The translations under genes and the position numbers were made by a program. The notes below the pieces were generated by a model that saw only the letters and a program-made list of their open reading frames with translations, was not told where the DNA came from and ran no database searches. Shown piece by piece: positions 9,590 through 19,531 of a stretch of DNA of 64,000 nt. Positions within the stretch are counted from its first letter, which is position 1. Each line of letters opens with the position of its first letter. The DNA is from an uncultured Acidobacteriota bacterium (GTDB taxonomy: Bacteria; Acidobacteriota; UBA6911), in the NCBI GenBank assembly GCA_963843575.1, contig CAWJKZ010000013.1, forward strand, positions 192,001 through 256,000. The letters are read 5' to 3'.

Positions 9590-11194
9590 GTGACGCCACC
9601 CTATTCCAACGCACCGCGAGCCCTGATCGCCGACGACCAGCCGGAGGTCCTCGAAGCGCTGCGCCTGCTGCTGAAGGGCGAGGGGTTCCAGCCGTTTACC
9701 GTGACCTCCCCCGACGCGGTCGTGCAGCAGCTCATGTCGCAGCACTTCGATGTGCTCCTGATGGATCTGAACTATGCGCGCGACACGACCTCGGGGCAGG
9801 AGGGTCTCGACCTGCTCAGCCGGGTCCAGGAGATCGACGGCACGCTCCCGGTGATCGTGATGACCGGCTGGGGCAGCGTAGACGTCGCCGTCGAAGCGAT
9901 GCGCCGCGGTGTGCGCGATTTCGTGCAGAAACCCTGGGAGAACTCCCGGCTGATCGCGCTGCTGCGCACCCACACGGAACAGGGCCAGGTGCTCCGTAAG
10001 GGGCGACGGCTGGCCGCGGCCCGCAAGGCGTTGAACCGCGAGCTGATGTCCTGCGATGACGCCCACGCGCTGGTGCGGGCCGTGGCGCTGCGCCTGCGGG
10101 AGATCTTCGGCAGCCGCGCCGTGACGGTCTTCACACGCGCGCCCATGGATCAGGCGTTCTGGGCGACTGCGCAGGTCGGCCTGTCCGACGAAATCCTCGG
10201 CAAGCTCAAGTTCGAGCAGGAGTGCCGGCTGGTGCAGCACCTGGTCTCGCCCGTAAAGCCCTTCAGCATGAATCTGCCCGAAGCGGAGCTCGCCAGGCTG
10301 CGACGGGTGCAGGCGCACATTGTCTCGCCCGTCAGAATAAAAGGGGAACTGGCCGCCTTCATCGGCTTGGGCGACCGGCAGTCCGATGAACAGTACGATG
10401 CCGAGGACTTCAAGTTCCTCGCGGGGGTGGGCGATGACACCGGTGCGGGAATCGAGAGCCTGCGGCTGAAGGGCAAGGAGCGGGAATACGAAGAGGCGCG
10501 CGAGATCCAGCACGGTCTCTTGCCCAAGTCGATCCCCCAGATTGCCGGCCACGAGATTTCCGGGGCCTGGCAGCCGGCCAGCATGGTGGGGGGGGATTAT
10601 TTCGATGCGCTGAGATTCCCGTCCAGCAAGGTCGCGCTCTGCATCGCGGACGTGGTTGGGAAAGGAATGCCCGCGGCGCTACTCATGTCGAACCTGCAGG
10701 CTGCCGTGAAGGCCTTCGCGTCCGAAACGACCCCCCCGAGAGAGCTGTGTGCGAAGGTCAACCGGGTCATCAGCAGCAACATCGCCGCCAACAAGTTCAT
10801 CACCTTCTTCTACTGCGTCTACGACGCGACCGAGGAACGGCTGTCCTTCACCAACGCCGGGCACAACGCTCCGGTCCTGCTGCACGCCGACGGTTCATAC
10901 GTCCGGCTGCAGGAAGGAGGCTCCGTGCTGGGGGTGTTCCGCGACTGGAACTACGAGCAGGCCGAAGCGCGTTTCGCCGCGGGGGACCGGATCATCCTGT
11001 TCACGGACGGGGTCACGGAGGTTGCCAACGCCGACGGCGAGGAATTCGGCGAGGACCGCCTGATCGACCTGCTGCGCGGCGGCGTTCGCCTCGGCGCCGG
11101 GGAGCTCCAGCGCAAAGTCATGGAGTCGATCGCGGATTACAGCGGCGGCGAATTTCAGGACGACGCCACGCTCCTGGTGATGTCGCGCGGCTGA
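9590..11194 (+). CDS. REC + GAF-like + PP2C/SpoIIE (RsbU-like) serine phosphatase
   Basis: LIADD...LMDLNY receiver; AREIQHGLLP, VGGDYFD, IADVVGKGMPAALLM, NAGH, LFTDG and DDATL PP2C motifs. Confidence 0.92.
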   Translation: MTPPYSNAPRALIADDQPEVLEALRLLLKGEGFQPFTVTSPDAVVQQLMSQHFDVLLMDLNYARDTTSGQEGLDLLSRVQEIDGTLPVIVMTGWGSVDVAVEAMRRGVRDFVQKPWENSRLIALLRTHTEQGQVLRKGRRLAAARKALNRELMSCDDAHALVRAVALRLREIFGSRAVTVFTRAPMDQAFWATAQVGLSDEILGKLKFEQECRLVQHLVSPVKPFSMNLPEAELARLRRVQAHIVSPVRIKGELAAFIGLGDRQSDEQYDAEDFKFLAGVGDDTGAGIESLRLKGKEREYEEAREIQHGLLPKSIPQIAGHEISGAWQPASMVGGDYFDALRFPSSKVALCIADVVGKGMPAALLMSNLQAAVKAFASETTPPRELCAKVNRVISSNIAANKFITFFYCVYDATEERLSFTNAGHNAPVLLHADGSYVRLQEGGSVLGVFRDWNYEQAEARFAAGDRIILFTDGVTEVANADGEEFGEDRLIDLLRGGVRLGAGELQRKVMESIADYSGGEFQDDATLLVMSRG

Positions 11195-11221
11195 AGCACG
11201 AGTCCTGCGGGCACCCTGCGG

Positions 11222-12661
11222 CTACTTGGCCGGGACGAGCTTCATCCGCTTGCCCTCGCGGTCGTACCAGTCTGCGATGTTCTTCAACGCCGCCGAGTTT
11301 TCGGCGACGCTGCGCTCGGCGTTGTACCCCCACTTGTGGTCGGACATGCTGTCGAGCAATTCGCTCGCCTGCTGCCTCGCAAAGCCGGCCTCGTCGTCCT
11401 TGAGCACCTTTATCAGGGTCGAGAATCCTTCGGTATCCCCCAGCATGAGTTGCGCCCTGGCGATGGCGAGTTTGAGGAATGAGTCGTAGACGTTCACCCC
11501 CGCAGTGCGCAACGCCGGGATCGCCTTTGGATCCTTCTGTTGCGTCAGCGCGGCCACCGCGGCCTCCACCACCTGGTCGGACTTCGAACTGTTCACGACG
11601 CTGCCCAGTGAGGGGACAACCCGCGGGTCCTTCACCACGGCCAGGTGGCGGATCGCATCCAGCTGGTGTGCCTCGTCGTCGCCTTTGAGCTCCCCCAGGA
11701 GCATGTCGACCGGGCTTTGACTGATCGACGCCGTCACCGGCGCCGATTTCCTGAAATAGGCGAGGCCCGAAAGGAACGCCACGGCGAAAACGGCCATGGC
11801 CGCGACGTTCGCCAGCGCCCTGAGCCGTGCCGGGGCGTGCTGGACGTAGTACGCCACGCTCGAACCGATCAGGAATATCGCCAGCATGACGACAATGGCC
11901 GGACCGGTCGGGTAGTCCGCGTAGAACGACCAGACGATCCCGCCTGTGCTGGCGAGAATGGCCACGGCCCACCCGAAGAGCAGACGGCCGCGGATCGTGT
12001 CAGACCACATTTGCGCTATGACGGCGGGCACCACCAGGTACGAGAAGACGAGCAGCACCCCCACTATCGCCACCGACTTGGTGATGACCACCCCGAAGGA
12101 CATGTAGAACAGGACGTCCCAGAACCGGATGCGCATACCGGACGCCTCGGCTCGCTCCGGGTCGAGCGATATGGCCAGGAATTTCTTACGGAAGATCACG
12201 TGGAAGAGCCCGATCGCCCCGTAGCCGATGGCCATCTCGACCACCTCCGACATCGGCACCAGCAAAACGTCGCCGACCAGCATGTGTTTGAGCTCCTCGC
12301 CCCCGGTCGCCGATTTCGACAGAATGAGGATCGCCGCCGCAGAAGCGGCGGCGTAGATGATCCCGATGAACGCCTCCTGGGGAACCCGCTCCCGCCGCAT
12401 GCGCGCGACCGCAAACGCCCCCGCACCGACGAAGGTGAAAGCCAGCGAAAAGAGGGAGATCCTGAACGAATCGCCGTTGGGGTCATACCCGAGGGTCAGG
12501 GCGTAGGTGGCGCCGAGCGCGGCGATCTGCGCCAGCGCGAGGTCCACGAAAATCACCTTCCGGGCGATCACGTGGATCCCGAGATAGACGTGGTTGATCG
12601 ACAGGACGAGGCAGGCGAGGAACGGTATCAGCATCCAGCGCAGTTCGAGCAGTTGTGGCAT
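11222..12661 (-). CDS. Zn/Mn-type ABC-3 permease (ZnuB/MntB-like) fused to C-terminal HEAT/PBS-lyase repeats
   Basis: GIHVIARKVIFVDLALAQIAALG, AEASGMR and VGVLLVFSYLVVPA; C-terminal helical repeats (AVAALTQQKDPKAIPAL). Confidence 0.85.
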   Translation of the reverse strand: MPQLLELRWMLIPFLACLVLSINHVYLGIHVIARKVIFVDLALAQIAALGATYALTLGYDPNGDSFRISLFSLAFTFVGAGAFAVARMRRERVPQEAFIGIIYAAASAAAILILSKSATGGEELKHMLVGDVLLVPMSEVVEMAIGYGAIGLFHVIFRKKFLAISLDPERAEASGMRIRFWDVLFYMSFGVVITKSVAIVGVLLVFSYLVVPAVIAQMWSDTIRGRLLFGWAVAILASTGGIVWSFYADYPTGPAIVVMLAIFLIGSSVAYYVQHAPARLRALANVAAMAVFAVAFLSGLAYFRKSAPVTASISQSPVDMLLGELKGDDEAHQLDAIRHLAVVKDPRVVPSLGSVVNSSKSDQVVEAAVAALTQQKDPKAIPALRTAGVNVYDSFLKLAIARAQLMLGDTEGFSTLIKVLKDDEAGFARQQASELLDSMSDHKWGYNAERSVAENSAALKNIADWYDREGKRMKLVPAK

Positions 12662-12697
12662 GGCGTTCTCCAGCAGCCGTGCGGGTGTGCCGGCCCG

Positions 12698-13762
12698 TCA
12701 GGGATTCTTTTTCACTGCGGCCGTCAGCTCGCGGATCAGGTGGTCGATCAGGTCGAAGTAAGTCTTGACCGCAGGATCCCCCCCGACCTGGTTGGGGAGT
12801 ATCACAACGGTGGAGCCGGTCTGACGCGCGATGTTGTTGGGCATGGCCGGGTCGTAGAAATTGTCCACCAGGATGAGGGGAACCTGCTCCGCCTTGATCT
12901 TCTCGGTAACCTGCCGCAGGTGTTGCGGGCCCGGCGGAATGCCGGGGCGCTCCTCGATGGTTCCCATCAGCTGGATGCCGAAAACGCGGGCGAAGTAGAC
13001 CCAGACCTTGTGAAACTCGAACGCCTTCGCACCCCGGAGCGGCTCCGCGGCCTTCAGCCACCCGCCGGCTCTGGAAGCGAGCGTCCGTCCTCCGAAACTG
13101 TTACCGTCGAGGAACTGGAAGAGCTGCCCGCTCCAGGTGAGCCGCGTGAGTTTCTGGATCCCGATCAGCTTCAGGAGTTCCGGGCCAAACAGCGCCTCGT
13201 CGATCCGCCGGGAGAAGTCCTTTCTGCGCTCCTCGTAATAGTCCGTCCCCGCGGGATCCGCAGCCTTCAGGGCGTCGCAGATATTGTCCGCCTCGACCTT
13301 CGCCAGCAGCGGGTCCAGCCAGACATGGGGATTTCCCTGCGGGTGGATGTCGCCGAGTTCGCGCGTGAGGACGGCGGGGATCTCAAGGGCCGCGACCCCC
13401 TTGCTGGCAACCACTCGACCGGGGTTGCCGCGGAAGATCCGGTTGTTTCCCGATCCGTTGGCCACCTCGTCGGCCCACAGTTCCAGGGAGAGGCCGTTCT
13501 CGATGAACAGGTCTGCCTCGCGGGTCCTTCTCATCAGCACGGGTGTCGGGGTGACGAAGTGCGGGTCCTGATCACCCTTGGCGAGCGCGGTCGCTGTGAC
13601 CCTGTCCCCACCGATTTCCTCGGCAAGCGACTTCAGGGTCGGGAGCGTGCAGATCACATTGAGTTTCTTGGACTGCGCGGCTGCGAACTCCGGGAGGGGC
13701 AGGAGAGCAGCTACGCCGGCGACCAGCAATGCCGCCATTTTCCGGGTCAGGTTCGGATTCAT
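12698..13762 (-). CDS. Metal ABC substrate-binding protein, ZnuA/TroA cluster A-I
   Basis: Signal peptide; GDQDPHF, NGLSLE, GDIHPQGNPHVWLDP, FHKVWVYF and ERPGIPP motifs. Confidence 0.92.
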   Translation of the reverse strand: MNPNLTRKMAALLVAGVAALLPLPEFAAAQSKKLNVICTLPTLKSLAEEIGGDRVTATALAKGDQDPHFVTPTPVLMRRTREADLFIENGLSLELWADEVANGSGNNRIFRGNPGRVVASKGVAALEIPAVLTRELGDIHPQGNPHVWLDPLLAKVEADNICDALKAADPAGTDYYEERRKDFSRRIDEALFGPELLKLIGIQKLTRLTWSGQLFQFLDGNSFGGRTLASRAGGWLKAAEPLRGAKAFEFHKVWVYFARVFGIQLMGTIEERPGIPPGPQHLRQVTEKIKAEQVPLILVDNFYDPAMPNNIARQTGSTVVILPNQVGGDPAVKTYFDLIDHLIRELTAAVKKNP

Positions 13763-13843
13763 TCGTGGTTCCTCTCTGGCGTGATGCCGGGCTGGGGCGG
13801 GACCGCGGCCCGGGGATGGAATCGGGCGCTCGTCTCAACGCCG

Positions 13844-15190
13844 TCACCTGTTTACCCAGTAGGGTTCAGGCGGGTGGGCCCCGAATATCCAGTTCAGCTC
13901 CGCATAGAAGGAGTTGCGCTTGTTTTCCGTAAAGAGGTCGCTCCAGCGATGTTCGTAGTTTAACCGGAACCGGAGGAATTCGCTGAAATAGTACGAAAGA
14001 TACGGGGTGATGCCGCGGCGCTGCAGCCCGGGGTTGTACAGCACGTCGGTCCGGTCCCAGCGCAGACCGGCATAGGTGCGTCGGTCAAATTGCCACTGCC
14101 CGTAAACCGTGTAGCCGAGCGGCCGCCCTGACCCCGGAGCGATCCCGTCGAGGGCGCGCGCCACGTCCGGGGTTTCCGCGGCCTCGGGGTACGCCCGCCG
14201 GGTGAACATGAACTCCGTGCCCAACAGGAATGAATGCCACTCCCCCCGGCGCAACGGCTTCCAGCGGTAGGTCATGTCGAACCCGTGCAGGTCCCCCTGC
14301 CGGGACGCGCCGGAACCGGGATGGTAGTACGACGACCATCCCAGCTCCAGGTTGTGCGAGTCCCTGAAGGTGCGAAACCACCGCAGATGACCGAGGTAGG
14401 AGTTCCGGGCGGCGATATCGGGCGACAGTGCGATCTCGCCGCCGCCGAGGATTTCGAACGTGAGATCGACGCTCGCCTTTTCGTCCCAAGGTGTCGGGAT
14501 GTAGAAGTTCGCCGAGGCGCCGTTCTGCGCAAAGCCCTCCGGGCCGAGGAATTCCTGGACAGGCAGAGGGCGCAACGTCTGGGGCAGGTCGTGAGTGTGC
14601 AGGATGTTGATTTTCCCGAACGCCGGGCGAAACCTGCCGACCTTCAGGCGGAGGCCCAGCGGGGTGCGGTCGACAAACGGGAACTTCTTGATGTTTACGT
14701 AACCTTCCTCGATGCCCACGTTGAACTTTCCGCTGGCTTCCTGCTCCAGGGCCGTTATCAGCACGGCGTCCGCGTATGGGTCGACCGGCACCCGCATGTC
14801 GATCTCCGCCTCGCGGAGCGTGAACCTGTTGTCCGCCCGGCCCCCCTCCTCGTTGAACACTTTCTGGTCGTCGACTCGGGCGACGAAATTACCCACCGCC
14901 GCAATCGCAGGATTGAGCGCGCCGGGACTGGTCTGAACCACGGCGGGAGCGGTCTGGGTCGTCACGCCCGACGGCTCCGGCTCGGCCGAGGCCCTGAGCA
15001 TCTGGACCTGGAGCTGCTCAACCTGCGCCTCGAGCTCCTTGATCCGCTTCTCGTAGTCGGCCCGCAACGCGTCGATCTGGGCCCGGATGGCCTGCAGCGC
15101 CGCCGCATCGCTGCCCGAAGGATTCTGCGCTGCCGCCGTGACAGGCAAAAGCAGAAGTGCGACTAAAACCGTGATTCTCGTGGGACGCAT
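13844..15190 (-). CDS. Outer-membrane porin-like protein of the metal uptake operon, with an N-terminal coiled coil
   Basis: GGAGG RBS, signal peptide and coiled coil; NPAIAAVGNF, REAEID, GKINILHTHD, SEFLRFRLNY and GAHPPEPY beta-barrel features. Confidence 0.7.
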   Translation of the reverse strand: MRPTRITVLVALLLLPVTAAAQNPSGSDAAALQAIRAQIDALRADYEKRIKELEAQVEQLQVQMLRASAEPEPSGVTTQTAPAVVQTSPGALNPAIAAVGNFVARVDDQKVFNEEGGRADNRFTLREAEIDMRVPVDPYADAVLITALEQEASGKFNVGIEEGYVNIKKFPFVDRTPLGLRLKVGRFRPAFGKINILHTHDLPQTLRPLPVQEFLGPEGFAQNGASANFYIPTPWDEKASVDLTFEILGGGEIALSPDIAARNSYLGHLRWFRTFRDSHNLELGWSSYYHPGSGASRQGDLHGFDMTYRWKPLRRGEWHSFLLGTEFMFTRRAYPEAAETPDVARALDGIAPGSGRPLGYTVYGQWQFDRRTYAGLRWDRTDVLYNPGLQRRGITPYLSYYFSEFLRFRLNYEHRWSDLFTENKRNSFYAELNWIFGAHPPEPYWVNR

Positions 15191-15337
15191 CGGGAGCCTC
15201 CACGCATCAACTGATGTCAACTGGACTTTGGGCAAGTGCACCATTGCAGGGCAGCGCGCTTAGTTAAGAACACTGTGCTTCGACGGGGAGAACGTGAGGC
15301 GACCGCCCGGCGTTCCGGATAACTCGGAAACGACCGT

Positions 15338-15715
15338 TTAGAAGGAGAATGCGGGAGGTCCGCGGTTCACCGCGGCTGCGGGCTCGATGCTGAGGAGAAG
15401 TTTGACTCGCCGAAGCTGGAGCGGAACCGAGTCGCTGCGGTCGCACCAGAAACGCTGCACGGGAACTATGGTCTGGCCCAGCAGCTTGTTAAAGAAGCAG
15501 GCGTTGCAAGGGGGGTACTCCGTGCCGCCGCAGCGCTCGACGTGCGGCCGGCACGGCCCGTCCGGATCCTCCCGACGGACGAACTGCCGCTGCGCGGAAA
15601 ACGTCAGGTGATTCTGAATCAGATCGACCGACGATCCGACCAGACCCGTTATCAGTGCCACGAAAACCAATGCCGTGCGGAACCACCCGATGTTCCGCGA
15701 ATGCCTCAGCAGCAT
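15338..15715 (-). CDS. DUF2946-like small membrane protein / putative metal-sensing leader peptide (TM helix, CxxC, C-terminal RGPP)
   Basis: N-terminal hydrophobic helix, PPCNACFF and ...NRGPPAFSF*. First gene of the metal uptake operon. Confidence 0.7.
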   Translation of the reverse strand: MLLRHSRNIGWFRTALVFVALITGLVGSSVDLIQNHLTFSAQRQFVRREDPDGPCRPHVERCGGTEYPPCNACFFNKLLGQTIVPVQRFWCDRSDSVPLQLRRVKLLLSIEPAAAVNRGPPAFSF

Positions 15716-15721
15716 GTGGAA

Positions 15722-15750
15722 AAGTTATCCCGATCCCAGCCGACTGTCAA
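15722..15750 (-). promoter_or_regulatory. sigma70-type promoter giving a probable leaderless transcript
   Basis: TTGACA (15750-15745), 17-bp spacer, TAACTT (15727-15722). The ATG at 15715 follows a 6-nt gap and has no SD. Confidence 0.6.
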
Positions 15751-15760
15751 CGTGGTGGGC

Positions 15761-15913
15761 CAAGTGGGTCCAGTCTTCAGCCCGGACGCCTCTTGATCTG
15801 ATCTATGTGGCGACGGGCGCACGTTATAGCGACGTCCGGGCTGAAGCCCGGACCCACTTGTATCTTGTTTGGATCGGGCAGATCAACCGTTGGACAGCCT
15901 CTTCAGCCCGGAC
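15761..15913. repeat. REP/REPIN-like cluster, copy 2
   Basis: REP units at 15764-15787 and 15834-15857 (inverted), plus tail and a third degenerate unit shared with copies 1 and 4. Confidence 0.85.
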
Positions 15914-16027
15914 GGCGAGGCTTCCCAACCGGGAGGGCCCGCCCACTTGCATTGAAGAACCGCTCCGGTCTAAGCTGTGCGTCGGAATCTACGGCGTCAA
16001 CCTGCAGTACCACCTGGGGAACGGTCG

Positions 16028-17116
16028 ATGAAAAAGATACTGCTGCTGGGCGCCGGGACGATCGGCTCCCTCATCTCCACGTTGATGGCGCAATCGGGCG
16101 ATTACTCCGTCTGTCTCGCCGACAGCAATCCCGAAGCCGTCGCACGCTGGGGCCGGGAACCCCGCTACCCGGCACTTCAGGTTTTCGAGATGGATGCGAC
16201 CGACCGCGCAGCCCTGAGGCGCTTCGTCACCGACCAGGGGATCGACGCAATCATTTCCGCACTCCCTTATTTCTGCAACCCTGCGGTGGCGGAAGTGGCG
16301 CGCGAGACAGGCAGGCACTACTTCGATCTCACGGAAGATGTCGAAGTCACCCGCTCGATCCTCCGGATCAGCCAAGGTTCGCCGAAGGCCTTCGTCCCGC
16401 AGTGCGGGCTGGCCCCTGGATTCATCAGCATCGTGGCCCACGAGTACATGACGCACTTCGAGACACTCGACACGGTGAAGCTGCGGGTCGGTGCCCTTCC
16501 CGTTCACCCGAGCAACGCCCTGAAGTACTCGCTCACCTGGTCCACCAACGGTCTCATCAACGAGTACGGGAACGTGTGTTACGGCGTGGAGAACGGCGAA
16601 GAAGTCGCCCTGATGCCTCTCGAGGGCTATGAGACCATCGAGGTCGACGGGCTGCTGTACGAGGCCTTCAACACCTCGGGCGGGCTCGGAACGCTGGCCG
16701 ATACGTACAACGGCCGCGTCCGCACGCTGAACTACAAAACCATGCGCTATCCCGGGCACTGCGAGAAGATCCAGTTTCTCATGCAGGACCTCAAACTCAA
16801 CCAGGACCGCGAGACGTTGCGCCGGATCCTCGAAAATGCGATACCCAAGACCCTGCAGGATGTGGTCGTGATTTTTGTCTCCGTCACCGGGAAGCAGAAA
16901 GGCACCCTTTTCGAGGAGAACTACCTGAAGAAGGCGTACCCGCAGGAGATTGCCGGAAGGCCCTGGTCGGCCATACAGGTCACGACGGCGGCGGGTGTGT
17001 GCGCGGTCGCGGACTTGGTGCTGCAGAATGAATCGGCCTATCAAGGTTTCGTCACCCAGGAGTCTTTCGGTTTCCCCGCATTCCTGGAGAATCGGTTCGG
17101 CGGATACTACCGATAG
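16028..17116 (+). CDS. Saccharopine dehydrogenase / lysine 6-dehydrogenase family
   Basis: GAGTIG Rossmann motif, [44 protein letters not shown]. Confidence 0.9.
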   Translation: MKKILLLGAGTIGSLISTLMAQSGDYSVCLADSNPEAVARWGREPRYPALQVFEMDATDRAALRRFVTDQGIDAIISALPYFCNPAVAEVARETGRHYFDLTEDVEVTRSILRISQGSPKAFVPQCGLAPGFISIVAHEYMTHFETLDTVKLRVGALPVHPSNALKYSLTWSTNGLINEYGNVCYGVENGEEVALMPLEGYETIEVDGLLYEAFNTSGGLGTLADTYNGRVRTLNYKTMRYPGHCEKIQFLMQDLKLNQDRETLRRILENAIPKTLQDVVVIFVSVTGKQKGTLFEENYLKKAYPQEIAGRPWSAIQVTTAAGVCAVADLVLQNESAYQGFVTQESFGFPAFLENRFGGYYR

Positions 17117-17153
17117 TTGCGGTCGGGCGGTTCTTCCCCGTGCGCGAGGGGTC

Positions 17154-18507
17154 ATGGAAAGTAACGGCTTGAGCAGGAGAGAGTTCGTGAGGGCGACGGC
17201 CGCGGCCGGCATGTCGACCGCGTTGTCTGCACGCAGGGTCTCGGGGGCGAACGACCGGATACGCGTCGGGTTCGTGGGGCTGGGCAACCGGGGCGATCAG
17301 GTGCTGGACGCGTTCCTGGTCCACAAGGACTGCCAGGTGGTGGCCGTCTGCGACATCTGTCCCCCTTACCTGGACTTCGCCGCGACGAAGATCGGCGGCA
17401 GTCCCGCGCGGTTCTCCGACTACCGCAAATTGCTCGACGCCAAGGACGTCGATGCGGTCGCCATCTGCACGCCGGACCACTGGCACGCGCTGCAGATGAT
17501 TCAGGCCTGCCAGGCCGGAAAGGACGTGTACGTCGAAAAGCCGCTCTCCCTCTGCGTGGAAGAAGGACGCCAGATGGTGGGTGCCGCGCGGAAGTACAAC
17601 CGGGTCACACAGGTCGGAATCCACCGGAGGTCGGCGCCGTTCTGCCAGGAGGCCGCCGCGGTCGTGCGCTCCGGCGCCCTCGGGCGCATCACGGTCGCGC
17701 GCTGTTTCCACATCCAGAACGAGTGGCCGAAGGGAATCGGGAATCCGCCCGACGGCCGGCCGCCCGAAGGTTTCGATTGGGACGCGTGGCTCGGCCCCGC
17801 GCCGATGCGTCCATACAACAAGAACCGCACCTTTTACCGGTTCCGCTGGTTTTACGATTACTCCGGCGGGCAGGTCACCAACTTCGGCGTGCACTATATC
17901 GACATGATCCACTCCGCCCTGGGAGTCGATGCGCCGCTCGCGGTCACCGCGATGGGCGCCAAACTGGCGCTGGACGACAATCGCGACATACCCGACACCC
18001 TGGAAGTCCTCTGGACGTACCCCGGAGGTACCCTTGTCACCTTCTCGCAGTTCAACGCCAGCGCTCCCCCGGCGGGTCTGCGGGACGGTGAGATCGAGTT
18101 CCGCGGCACCAAAGGCACCCTCTACCTGCGGGGCGACGGCTACGAAGTCGTGCCCGACAGCCTCACACCCAATGAATTTCCCGCGCGCATGCCGACAGAC
18201 CGCGCCCTCGAGCGCGGTTACCGCACCGGGTCACGCGCCGGTGATCGAGCCGCGCGCATCCCAGGGCAAGGCCGATACTGCCTACCATGCGCGGGATTTT
18301 CTGGACTGCGTGCGAAGCCGGGGGCTGTGCAACTGCGACATTGAGACGGGTCACCGATCGACGTCCGCCACCCTGATCGCCAATATCGCCCACAAAACCA
18401 GGTCGTATCTCGAATGGGACCGGGAGCAGGAGCTGTTCAAGAACAATCCGGGGGCCAACAAACACCTCCGCTATGAGTACCGCCGGCCGTACGAGTTCCC
18501 GGCCTGA
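17154..18507 (+). CDS. Tat-exported Gfo/Idh/MocA oxidoreductase (frameshift near 18235)
   Basis: SRREF Tat motif, [25 protein letters not shown]; C-terminus continues in another frame ([12 protein letters not shown]...YEYRRPY). Confidence 0.88.
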
Positions 18508-18527
18508 TCGCAGCCTGACCCTGCTGC

Positions 18528-19457
18528 ATGAGGTCTGAAATGTCCATCACCCGCAGAGGATTCCTTGCGGGGGCTTGCGCGCTCCCCGCCGCCGTCACCG
18601 CTACCGTCCCTCTATCCGCCCGCGCCGCCAAACCGCGGCCGATATGTCTTTTTTCCAAACACCTGCCGGACTTGAACTGGGCGGACCTGGCGCGGTATAC
18701 GCGGGAGGCTGGTTTTGACGGGATCGACCTGACGGTACGCAAGGCGGGGCATGTACTGCCGGAACGCGCCGCGGAAGACCTGCCCAAGGCGGTCACAACC
18801 ATCCGGGACGGGGGAATGGACATCCCCATGATCACCACGGATGCCCTGTCCGAGACGCCGGTCGCCCGCGTGCTCTTCTTGACGGCCGGGAACCTTGCCA
18901 TCCCATTTCTCAAACCCGGATACTACTTCTACAAGTTCGTCGACATCCGCCGCGAGCTCGACGAGGTCGCGGTCCAGTTCGGCGAACTCGCGCAACTCGG
19001 GGCGCGGCACGGGATCCAGGTGGGATTTCACAATCACGCCGGCTATGTGGGCGCCCCCGTCTGGGACGTGGCGCAGTTCATGGACAAGCTCGACGCGCGT
19101 TGGGCCGGCTACTACTTCGATCCGTGCCACGCCGTCGCCGAGGGCGGGGAAGCGGGCTGGAAAATCGCCACGACCCTGGCAGCGCCGCGCATCAAGATGA
19201 TCGCCATCAAGGACTTCTACTGGGAAAAGAGCGCGACCAAGGGGTGGCAGGCGCGCATGTGCCCGCTGGGCCAGGGAATGGTTCCTTGGGTCGAGTTCTT
19301 CAAAATCGTGGCCAAGGCGGGATTCCGTGGACCCGTTTCGCTCCACCTCGAATACGACATCCCGGGGGCGACCGCCGCGGCGCGCCGGGACAACACTCTT
19401 GCGGCCGCCCGGCGCGATCTCGAGTTCCTGCGGGCGCGTCTCAACGAGGCCGGTTAG
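18528..19457 (+). CDS. Tat-exported sugar phosphate isomerase/epimerase (AP-endonuclease-2 TIM barrel)
   Basis: [40 protein letters not shown]. Confidence 0.88.
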   Translation: MRSEMSITRRGFLAGACALPAAVTATVPLSARAAKPRPICLFSKHLPDLNWADLARYTREAGFDGIDLTVRKAGHVLPERAAEDLPKAVTTIRDGGMDIPMITTDALSETPVARVLFLTAGNLAIPFLKPGYYFYKFVDIRRELDEVAVQFGELAQLGARHGIQVGFHNHAGYVGAPVWDVAQFMDKLDARWAGYYFDPCHAVAEGGEAGWKIATTLAAPRIKMIAIKDFYWEKSATKGWQARMCPLGQGMVPWVEFFKIVAKAGFRGPVSLHLEYDIPGATAAARRDNTLAAARRDLEFLRARLNEAG

Positions 19458-19531
19458 ACGTTGGGAAGCTCCGGGGTGAGTTTGGGATTGATCTGGTCCC
19501 ACCGGATTTGAATTCAGGAGGATCCGCCGAA

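Noticed and set aside
15915-16027. Lysine riboswitch upstream of the saccharopine/lysine dehydrogenase
   Set aside because: Only ~50 nt remain after a plausible TTGCAT-N18-TAAGCT promoter, and no L-box motifs are present.
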